The position numbers and the translations under genes were made by a program. Shown here piece by piece: positions 21,801 to 33,800 of a stretch of DNA of 56,006 nt (the first letter of the stretch is position 1; every line of letters starts with the position of its first letter). Source of the DNA: Girardia tigrina (taxonomy: Eukaryota). The DNA lies in assembly GCA_001938485.1 (NCBI GenBank), contig MQRK01222550.1, forward strand, positions 1 through 56,006. The letters are read 5' to 3'. The notes below the pieces were generated by a model. The model was not told the origin of the DNA. It was given only the letters and a program-made list of their open reading frames with translations, and ran no database searches.

Positions 21801-24800
21801 TTTATAATATTTTTAAGAAATTATTTTTTTTTAAAAAATACTCGTGGTAAATTTAAAATTAATAGTTTTATGATTAAATTTTATAAAAAAATTGTTAACT
21901 ATAATTTAAAAATAAATTTTATAATTATAAGTTAAATTTTACAAATTATGAAAGAAAAATGTAATAAATGGATTTTGGCAAAATGATTGAATTAACGGAA
22001 AGTTCTTTTATATATGTGTATTATTGTCATTAATTAATTGTTGAGATAAATAAGAGTTCTGAAATTTCGGATAACGAAAATGACATAAGTGCTACTAACA
22101 CAGATAAAAACTGTGTTCTGTTTAATATCAAAAGTTGTTATACTCTTACGATACATGAGAATGATTTATCTTAATACAATAATTATTTTTTTCAACTATT
22201 CGTTTTTTAAGAAAAAATACTCATAATAAAAAAAGATAAATCAGTCATTATTGTTATCACTGTGAGGGATAATTTGGAATGTTGTAAGTTTGTTGTTTGT
22301 GTGCTGTTTTGATTTGTGACTCTCCTACTCAGATGGGATTGATATGTTTATTGATTGATTATTTGAATCTAATGATATTAATTTCAAGTACTAATTAATT
22401 AAAGTTTTATAATTATGAATTTTAATAATATTTTTAGTAAACGATTTTAACTTATTAAATTTAATATATTTTAAAAATTAATGTTCATTTAAAAAATTAC
22501 GCAATGTCTTTTTATCCAATAAAATTTAAGAAATTAAAAATTAATATTAAAAACTTTCCCATTCATTGTTTTTGTAAATTTCAATACATAAACAACAATT
22601 ATATCAATCAAAGAAAGATGCTCTCTGAAAATTGTTGTGAAGAATCTGTTTGTGTTGTCTATAAATGTTTACAATCAAATTGTGATTTTGTTAATAATCA
22701 CCATTAACAATACAAAATGGTACTGAAGAACCTACATAAAAAGCTTTTGTTAAGTTCTATTAATAAATAGAAAATTACAAGTTTTGATTAAAACTTATAT
22801 ACATACTTTATGTTATTTTTAACAATGCATAAATGTATTTAACATTATAAATAACATTGAACTCTGTACATAAGTTTTAGTCAAAACTTGTGATTTTCTG
22901 TCTCTAATCCCTGGCAGTCAACCTTCTTACATTTGCGGAACCATACAACTTTAATGAAATTTTCATTGAATCTTTAAGCATAAAATGGCAATAATGGTAT
23001 CTAGGCTTTATAATGTTAAATTGTTTTACACGAAAGCAAAAAGATTCACTCGATACACAAAGTTCGTAATTCAATTGAGGAAAATAAAAATTTAACTTTA
23101 TAAATATAAATTCATTCACCTTTAGTAGCAATGATCTAAAAATGTCATCCATTAAATCGAGGTGATGCTATAAGTAAAGTCAGGAAAGCATTATGCTCAT
23201 TTATCCCTTCATGAAAAGTTATCACGACACTGTCACTTTATGCGCAAGTCAGAGCAGCGGTACACTGATGCGCAAACAATAAAAAAACATCACGGAACAC
23301 CTTAGAATCTTCGGGTTGAATAACATTGTTCCATACAAAAATGTTTTATTCGGAAATTGTAATTTTCTATTCATTAAAATAACTTTAATATATTTTCGGA
23401 CAGTTAATACTTATAAAAATAAGTTTTTATTCTTTTATAATTATTGATAGAAAAACAAACTTTAAATAACGAAACTAGTATGAAAGGGCAAGATAGAAGT
23501 ACAAAAATATTTTGGGAATTTTTATTGACTGTTAAAGTCATCTTTACCTACAAAAGCGAAGTAGAAATTACGACTAATGTTTTTATTAACAGTTTTTATT
23601 TAAGCAATAATATGTTACATGTTAAAATATACCATTTATACGAATTATTGAGTACTGAATTAAAAAAACATTCAATAAGGTTCTGGAACACGACTGATTT
23701 TACAGAAATAAAAACTTCTTTATTATTAAAAATTAAAATGATTCAAATTATGAGAAAATATATAAAATACTTACTAAAGTTAATTTTTGTTTTAATACTG
23801 TAAATTTTTTTTATTTGCTTTTGTCAGGAGACTAAGGATATATATTTTATTTATATAAATTTGTTAAAGCATTTTTTTTAAAAAAATCAACGTCATACAT
23901 GTTTTGATCACAATCTTTGATTATCTTTAGCAACTTTATTTGTGTTGTAATCTATTTTGTTTTGTTAATACATGTTTTTTTTGTTTTTGGTTTAATAATT
24001 TATGTAATTTTAAATATATAATGGTAATTGTAAAGGAAACTAAAATGTCAACATGGTGATTTTCGAATTTTCTTTAACTTTGTAAAAAAATAATAAAAGA
24101 AAAATTCGGTTAATTAGAATTATATCAATCAATAACAATTTAACGGAAAGATAATAAAGAAGATAAGTATGGATTGTTATAAGTAAACGAACTAACTGAA
24201 TTATATAGTTCAATGAATTCGTTTTTTAATAACGTGTAAAAGAGTTATAACGATAAAATTTTTGATACATATTCTAATTATGACAAAATAACTTAAAACC
24301 AAGGAGGACCCAAGGAAGATGTTAGTTTCAAAATCATAGTAAAAAAATTAGAAAATGAGTAGAGGAGTTCTGTATTTAGATTAATTACTTAATGAAATTG
24401 GTCTCCTTTAATCGTTCACTAAGATCTAAGACAGTAGTTTGGTAATGTGATTGCGTTGACTGGTGATCTTCAACCAACACGAATAGTTGTCTTTTTCGTA
24501 AGAAATTTGATTAGGCTTTAAATAATCTGTAGGAAGAGAATTTGTTTTGTTTTATAGTTTTAGGTATTCTAGGAAATTCGATTATTAATTGTTGTTTGAA
24601 GAGAGATTTATCTTCTCTTTTTGCCCCAGTCAGTCCGATCGCAATGTCTGTATTCAGGATCTTGTCGAGTTTGGTCTTCTTGAGAACCGTTATCGTGTTG
24701 CAATTATGGAAAGCTTGTAACTGTGCAACGTCCTTCTCAGGAGTTGTACAGCACTTACTCCCATAATAGACCACAGGGGAAATTCTAGTCTCAATCAGCT

Positions 24801-27800
24801 GCCTCTTCAATAATATTGGGACGATGTTAATCTGAATTGCATGTTGCAATTCTTTAAGCTTACACAGTCCATTTCGTATCCGTCGACTTTTATATCGGTT
24901 ATAACTACCACTAGTTTTCAATATACTTCCGAGATAGCAGAATTCATTCACCAATTCTATGACTTTCTCACCACATTTGACTTGCGATATTCCAAAGCGT
25001 AATTCATCAGTAAGGCCCATAACTTTTGTCTTATTGGCAATCATTGTTTGTCCAAACTCCGAAAAAAATATATATAACTGAAAAAACAAGATTAGCTTTT
25101 ACCAGAGATCCAAAACTCTCATATGTACGAATTTTTACACACATGAAAATTAAATTTGTAAACAAGATTAGCCTTCACTAAAATGTCACTTTTGGATTTC
25201 ACTGTAAGGTAATTTCTTACTTTGAATGTTACGGACACTATCTTGACATTATAGATATTTTAAAAAATGTTATACTTAAATCTTCTGAAAAAAGAATTTT
25301 TATAATTTTAAAGCGTCTCTATTCAATGTCCTTCTTGGTTTTGTTAGCATTGATTATATCTAGCATAAATTTAAAATTTTTTTCTACTTAAAATTATATG
25401 GACCATTGCAAATTTTTCAAATATTTTTTAAATGTAGGTTTTAATAAAACATTATCCTACATGATGTTTTCGTGTATATATTCTTCCTTTTCTATAAGAA
25501 AGGCATTAAAAATCATAAAAATTTAAATTTAGCATCAAATTACCATGCTAATAATGCAAATTATCAAGTTTTGAAATTGATTCAGTCCAAGCGTTGATTA
25601 AAATACTGATAATCAAGACAATCAGTGTTTCGAACAATGAGTGTTTGATGAAAGCTAACGATGAATATTGTAGTATACTTTTAAAACATTCTATAAAATG
25701 TGTCAGAACTTAATAATATACTGAATTAGTAATAATTTTAATAACATTTCTTGACAATAAATACTTTTGATTTTGAATTTGTTGTAACTTAAAAAAATTG
25801 TTTCCGTTTTGTGCAGTGGCTTTTAACAACAGAGACGCAAGTTACCAAAGGCAGTAGCGGATCCAGAATTTTGAAATGGGGGTTACCTAGAATTTCACAC
25901 AAGTTTTTATTCACATTTAAATATATCAGCATTTTACGAAATTAAGAATTCCCTGTTTCATAGATAAAAAAACTTCAAATCATACAATCTATTCATTTAA
26001 GCACATGTTAAATAGAAACTACAAAACTCAGTCATAAAAAGTGATTATGCTTGCATTTTACGTGGATGAACATATTATATATTTGATGAAATATTATAGT
26101 GCTTTCAAATCACACATAAATCAAACAGTTTGTAACTTGCCATCGTTGATCGTAGATATGACTGAATGCGACGTACACAAGAGAATGAATCTTCCACTTC
26201 AAAACTCCCAATTGGCAAAACTGCATGAATGAGGAATAGCTAACGAATATTTTGGAAGAATGCAGAGTCAATGTATTGTTGAAGAAGTTGAGTAATTGAA
26301 TTCCAGAAGTTTTATTCTCCTCACACATATGTTTCCATCGTTGCAACTCATTATTAAGAATAAAGAATAAGGAATAATATTAGAATAAAGAGAAGAACTT
26401 TGTGAAACCTTTTGAAAGGCCAGATAAACCTCGATTTACTCACTCTGAAGACATGATACAATTGGTTGCATTTGCTCCAAACCTTCCTTTACCACAAAAA
26501 AAATTGACAATGTGGTAGTAGTTACCAGGGCTGCGGAGTCGGACTAAAATTGTCCGACTCCGATTACAACTTCAACTTCGACTAAGCCTTCTTTTAAATT
26601 CATTTGTTATTCTATAAAATACATGTTGAAATGGTGTAGATAGAATGCCAAAAAATTGGATTTTTTTTATTTATTTGGTTATCAATTAGTAATTTAACTA
26701 ACTTCTTTTTTATAATAATAATTTTCATTCATATAAATTAATTTATAAACTAAATTATATTTAATAACACCTAAAAAATAGAGTTAAAGTTTAAACTATA
26801 ATTTTTAATAATAACAATCTAAATCAGTATTATAATTATAAATTATAGATATTTTTAAAATAATAGATAACATTCTAAAAAATTTAACAAATAGAACATG
26901 ATAATTAACGATAAGACTAAATTATAATTAATAAAACTAAATTAAAAACTAGTAAATCAAAAAATTAAATTTTTTATATCCATTCTTTATGCAGACAGTA
27001 CTCTACTTTGCCAACAAAGTTTTAATTAAAATAATAATTTCAAAAAAATATGATCATATTGGAACGCCCAAAAACTACAATTAATACACATTGAGTAGAA
27101 AAATTCTTTTATTTATTAACTATTGTTTGATTACCGCAAGCCAACAAAAATAGCGATAAACTCTCTTAGGCATACACACAGACAAACCTTTTATAAAAAT
27201 ATACATTAACACAAAAACACACAATGCGAAAATATACGTATATCTAACCTGATGCAGCGTTCAACATTTAAAAAATTAATATTAACTACTTATAATTTAT
27301 AAGTAAATATTTTTTAATTAATATATATTTTCTTTTATTCCGACTCCAAATCCGATTTCCTCATTAATCCTTAAACTCCTACTCATTCATAACATTGACT
27401 TCGACTCCGACTCCGCAGTATTAATAGTTAGTAAACGTATGTAGTAATCCATTTGCTTTAGAACGAGTTTGAGAATGACAATTCCATGCTTCTGCTTTGG
27501 ATTGTGGTCATCAGAAGGTGTTATGATTTCATCAAGAGCGCGAACAATGTAGATGTAAAGTTCTTCAATGGTATTAGAAGTGCTGTGACGCTCAAACTAT
27601 TGTGTTTTTCAAAGGCTCTTCAACTTTGTCTTATTTAACTATGGTGCTTGTAAGGAATAGTAGCTATATTTTAATATAGATATTTTAATTTCAATATATT
27701 TTAAAGTTGTAATTACAAAAAACAATAAATACACATTAAAAACACGCTTATTAAAATTCTATATATATTTACTATATACATATTTATAATACGGTTAAAT

Positions 27801-30800
27801 TTACAAAATTTTAAAATTAAAACTCCTAAAAAAGAACTTTGTTTAAATATTCAAAAATTTAAAAAAGCAACATTTTTTAATAGAATAAATAAATAGGTTT
27901 GCGCTGCAAACAGCTCTTCTAACATGGCGACCAAAGTCTCGCAGATCCTCCTATCGCGATCTGTCCCAGATCGATTCAAGAAAGGAGATGTCGAAATTTT
28001 CATTTCCAAATGCCATATATTCTTCGAGTAACGCAGACTAAAGAAAATGTAAAAACTATTTTGGTGAAAACTTTGCTAGACGACGAGACCATCAAAGATT
28101 ATGAGGAAGTAGATGACGGCGTGAAGAATTTTGAAGATAGATTGCGACAAGCGTTCACCAATAAGAGTTCCCGATTTAAAGTCCTGGCAGAAATTCTGGA
28201 ATACGGAAGAGGTTCTGAATCAGTTGAAGACTACTTTCAGACTGTGGCAAAATTGGTCAAGAAATTAGCCGCATACAATTGGGACGAAGCCGAATTAGAG
28301 AAGGAGATACTATTGAACTGTTCCAGTGATAAAGAGATCTTAAAGGAAGTTGAGATGAGAGATTTAAATGAAATTATGGATATAAAAAAACGATGACAAA
28401 AACGGACAAGATACAAAAGAAATATAATCATTTCAATGCAGTGAAAGATGATTGGATCCAGGTACAATCCCAAAGAAACAAGACATAATCTGGAATTAAA
28501 GGATTAGAAACGACATTGAATAACAACAACCAGAGAGGCCCACAACCGACAGTGAGAAATTTTAAAGCGGAAGATTTACAATACGGAAGGCGTATTGAAT
28601 CAAGACGATGCTGGTCTTGCAATTTAATGGGACACATAAGCAGGAACTGCAGCAAAAGATTGCCCGTCACCTGTCATGCTTGCGGAACACGGAGCCATAT
28701 CAGAAGAAATTGTCCGAATCTGAAATGTAACCGATGTGCAGCCAATGGCCATAGGAGTGAAGAATGCTATACGAATATGACGAGAAGGCACTGGGCAAAT
28801 AATCAAAGAGAAACCAGATGACCTGATGTCACTGCCACAGTTGGAAGAACTTGGAACAACAACAACTCAAACCGAGGAGATAACCGACAAATGCCGACCT
28901 AAAACAGACCCAAACAACCAAGATACTACGAGGAGACCGACTACGAAAGAGGAGTCCGGAAAGGTAAAGAAATAGCAGCGATGGAGATCGATGACGGTGA
29001 ATGCAGAGACTTCGAGCAAGGAACCCAAAACGAGAGAGGCCCGACCGTAGAGGAGTCGGTCGGAGCCTTACAGTAAGCAATTTTGAATTTAACCGTTATC
29101 GTAAAAGTAGTTTATTTTCTATCTATAATAATATTGTAGCCGATACCGATATTGTAGTACCAATCGATATGTATAATAAGTTATTTATCTAATAAAATTG
29201 ATACAGATAGTTTTAAAGATGTATTAAGTGATCAGAGATACAAATTAGTTCAGACAGATAAAACGATGATCAATAGTATTAAAATAGTAAAATTTTTAAA
29301 AAAAGAGAAAGAGGGAATTTGTGAAATAAGAGACCTGACAACTAAGGCGACCGGTGTAAATGAAAGAGAAAGCTAGATCTCATACAAAATAATGCAAGTT
29401 AGACCGAGCACAAGTGTCGACATCTTGGGAACGAAGATAGAATGATTACTCGACACGGGAACCAGAGTGAATGTCATGAGGTATAACACGTTAAGACAGA
29501 TCATCGACGTAAAATTAGAACCGTCAGAAGAAAAGTTGAAATGCGCAAATGATAGCCAATTGGAGGTCATGGGCAAGGTACATTTAGTTGTCACAATTGG
29601 TGCAAGGAAAGGGAAAGTGACTTTTATAGTTGTAAGAAGCATAAATCCTGAAGTGATCGGTGGAATAGATATGCAGAGGAAGTTAGGGTTAGAATTACAA
29701 TGGAAAGAGATCAATACAGAAGATAAAAAAATCGTATATATGTGAAATAGAAGCAAAATTTGGTAGACAAATATCGGACGAAGATTAAATGAAAAGAGCA
29801 ATAGAAATATTTGAAAATAAAGGAGTCATCAAACCTTTTCGAAATCGTTCAGAAGGACAAGCATGTTTTCATGGCGGATAAGTGGGATATAGGCTGCACT
29901 AAGCTCACTAAGCATAAGATCATAACCGCCAATAAACATTAAACCCCGCAGACAACCGATCCACTTGGAAAGCAAGTTAGCAGAAACTATAAAAAATTTA
30001 CACGATAACGGTATTATAAGACGATGCCAACTTCCAGTGGAACACACCGATAGTGTGTGTTTGGAAAAAAGAAACAGCAGAAGTTAGACTCTGTTTAGAT
30101 TTCAGACAATTGAACAATAATACAAAAAGACAAGCATTTCCGATGCCCAATGTGGAGGAAATGTTAGATTCATTACAAGGATCGAAATACTTCAGCACCA
30201 TAGATCTGGGTAACGCATTTTACCAGGTAAAGTTAGATGAAACCTCACAAGAAAAACGGCTTTTTCAACTAAGTCAGGCCAATTCTGCTTCACTAGGATG
30301 CCGTTCGGTGTTGCAGCAGCGCCCGGTACATTCCAGGAAGTTATGACTAAAGTATTGTCCACAATCGAGTCCGGCGCTTCCGTATATTTTGACGATATAT
30401 TGGTGACCACAGAAACGTTAGAGTAACATTATGAAATCTTCGGAAGGGTTATTCAGAGAATTGGTGAGGTTGGATTACGACTGAATCCTGAGAAATGCAA
30501 GTTCCTACGGAAGGAAATTAAATTTTTGGGGCATATTTTGAAGAAAAACGGAATTAGAACAGATCCTAGCAATGTAGAGGCGATAAGAACATTTACCAGA
30601 CCCAAATACATAAAAAACCTAAGGAGTTTCCTAGGTATTTGCAACTACTACCGTAGATTTATAAAGGACTACGTCAAGAAATCCAGATCGCTAGAAAGTA
30701 TGATTGGAAACAAGACGACAAAGTTAGTCTGGGCGGACACTTGCGAAGCTGCATTCGAAGATATGAAGAAAGCCCTGATGGAAGCACCAATACTTGCATT

Positions 30801-33800
30801 TCCTGATTTTATTTTAAAAGACTTTATCTTGGATACGGATGCCAGCTTCGATATAATTGGTGCAGTATTGTCTCAGAAGAATGACTCTGCACAAGACCAA
30901 GTTATAGCTTATGGCTCACACGCTATGAACAGCCACGAAAAAGGTTATTTCATCACCAGAAAGAAACTGCTTGCAGTATACAATTTCTGTGACCATTTCA
31001 AACATTATTTATATGGAAAAAGATTCATATTAAGAACAGACCACAAAGCCATAACGTTTATGATGAAAACGAAAAATCCAGTTACGGCACAATTTCAAAA
31101 TTGGCTGAATTATATCAGTAGTTTAGATATCAATATGGAATTCAGGAAAGAAACATTACACTCAAATTCAGATATGCTATCAAGAAATCAGTGTGGGACT
31201 TGCACGCAGTGCCTGATGGAACACGAGGATGCCAAGTGGGAAAAGATAAAAACAAGGATTTTAACAGTGAGCCCTCAAAATACAATCCCGGAATGGTAAA
31301 CGACTAATGAGGAAATACAAGAAATAAAAAGAAAGACATAAAACAGTAAATTCAAAGTCAGTGAAGAGATAGTATATACTGTGGATGGTAAAATATGGAT
31401 ACCACGAAATAGGAGAATCGAATTTATAAATCATGTACATCAATTATTATGTCATGCCGGTTCTGGAAAGACATACAAATATATCAGTAACAATTATGAT
31501 ATGACCGACAAAAACAGCATAGTAAAAGAAACTGTAGAAAAATTCTCTGTCAAAAATCAAAAACCTTAACTACTAAGACAAAAGAAATCCATGGAAAGAA
31601 ACACAACGAAGAGAGAAATACATTATTGCGATCATTGACCATTTCAGAAAATATGTCGTATTGATACCGAGCACAAAACAAGTTGAAAACACTATTACAG
31701 ATATACTCAAAAATAACTGGATCCTACGATTTGGATCACCCAAAGAAATTTATGCTGATCGTGGGAAATGTTTTGAATTGAGGAAAGTTGCAGATATAGT
31801 AAAAGAAGTAGGATCGGAGTTAAAATTGTCTAGCCCTTACCACCACAATACTAATGGCATGATCGAACGACAGTTCCGGACTATAAGAAAATATATTAAT
31901 GCGACATTGAAAGATAGCAATTTGTTCGCGCGCACAATACATGACGGCTTCGATGATTGTTGGAAGCAACTTTTGATTTTTTTCCATATTTTCAGCAATC
32001 ATTGAAATAATTGCTGAGTTGATACGCAATGCTGGATTAGCCAAGTGCTTTAGTAGTTAAAAATTGTTTCATGGTTGTGAGAAGTGGTTGCAACGTCTAT
32101 ATCAGAATTCATTTTTTTTAAAACACCAAAATTTATTAATATAACAATTCACATTTCTAAAACAAATTTTCCTGTTAATTTAATTTAATTATCTCGACCC
32201 AAATTAATCCATTAAATTCTTTTCGAAAATTTATTTCAAAAAAATATTTAAACTTTATTTTCAAAATCAATTTTTAAAATTGCTTATTAAAAATATTTTT
32301 ATTTATAAATAAATATTTAATATTTTTGTTTTCTTGACANNNNNNNNNNNNNNNNNNNNNNNNNNNNNNNNNNNNNNNNNNNNNNNNNNTTAAATAAATA
32401 TTTTATTTTTTATGATTTTCTTTTATTATATAATTTTTAATTTTTTAAAATATTTAATAAGCAAATTAACATAAAAATATTTTACCCTTTAAATTAAAAA
32501 ATAATAAATTATTCAGACGAGATAAAAATTTAAATTAACCCCTCATAATGGTCATTTGATGAAAATTTTTTGATTCGTGATCATTTAGAGGTTCCTTTGA
32601 TTTGTTGTAGTTTGAAAAGGGTATTTTAACAAAAACACCTACATTCTCTTTTCAGAAACGCTCAAGAATAATACGCACGAAAGACACCATCAACCTTTGT
32701 TGCCATTTTGATTGACAAGAAATACTTTTGTCTTACATTCGCCAATTTGAAAGTTCTTCTTTTCAAATTCAAAATTATCTGATGGTTTCCAACAATTGTT
32801 TAAGAAGTTCCCTTTTCTAAATCACTCAATTTTTGAAGAATACTTTCATCAAGATATGAAGCAATGTCAGTGCAATTAACAAAATCTAATGGCTATTTTG
32901 AGACAAATTCGACTAATTAAAACGAAAGAATTTTTAAATAAAAAATTTTTAAGTTTATAGATAATATTTTAATTAAACTGGGACGATTTTTTTATAAAAA
33001 TTATGTTTTAAAAATTGACAATTAAAATAACAGCTTTGGAGTTAAAGAATATTATAAAGAAGATTTTGATATATTTTGTATCACTATTTAAAATCATGTT
33101 TATTGAATTTAATTGTCGTTAAAAGTTTTAATTCGGTTTCTTTAATTTTTAAAGGACAAAATATTTTTGTCCAAAAAAACTTAATGATTTAATTTTTTAA
33201 AGAAAGTTGTTGAAATGTTTTAAATCGTAATATGAAAATTTCATTTTTTTTAAATAAAAATAAATTAGGTTATAGAATTTATAAATTTTCTTTTCATAAT
33301 ACTTTTTAATCAAGATTAAGTAAAATAAATTTTAAAAACTAAAAGTAATATTACTTAACAGAAAATAAACTTTAAAAAGAATGCAATTTCTATTAACCAT
33401 TTCTGTGGTCAACCTCTTGGAAAAAAGTGGGTCAAAAAAAGCCACCCTTTTTTTTCACTATTATGTTTTTTTATCATATTTGTGTTGGTGGGGGAATGAC
33501 CCGAGCTGGATTTGGGCAAATCACTATTCAAAGTTTCGTGTATGATTTGCCCGAATCCAGTTCGGGCAAATCACTGTGTCAGCAAAATACCTACCCGAAT
33601 GGTATTCGGGCAAATCACAGAAGTGGTTAAAACCAAATAAAGGGTTTTATTGAAAAATAATTTATCATCGAATGATTAAAAATCAAAAAAATATTTAAGA
33701 ATTGAATTTTTAAAAAAAAGTATTTTAATAAAGATCTAAATTTATAAACATTGTAAAAAAATTAATAAAACAGAAACAAAATAAGATTTATGCAAAATTG

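Larger units (their letters stand above)
25852..32900 (-). mobile_element. Decayed hAT transposon (THAP12/ZMYM1-like transposase) split by three later insertions
   Basis: Colinear minus-strand pieces: TTF-like finger region ([22 protein letters not shown], ~32550-32800); [21 protein letters not shown] (~31917-32070); ERH...TRSKANGLL (~27430-27600); dimerisation domain [26 protein letters not shown] (~26110-26270); terminus CAGTAGCGGATCCAG at 25852. Confidence 0.8.

Noticed and set aside
23159-23440. Possible mariner/Tc1 terminus (CGAGGTGATGCTATAAGTAAAG); similar lone ends at ~6890 and ~7185
   Set aside because: No partner TIR or TSD found; too weak to call.
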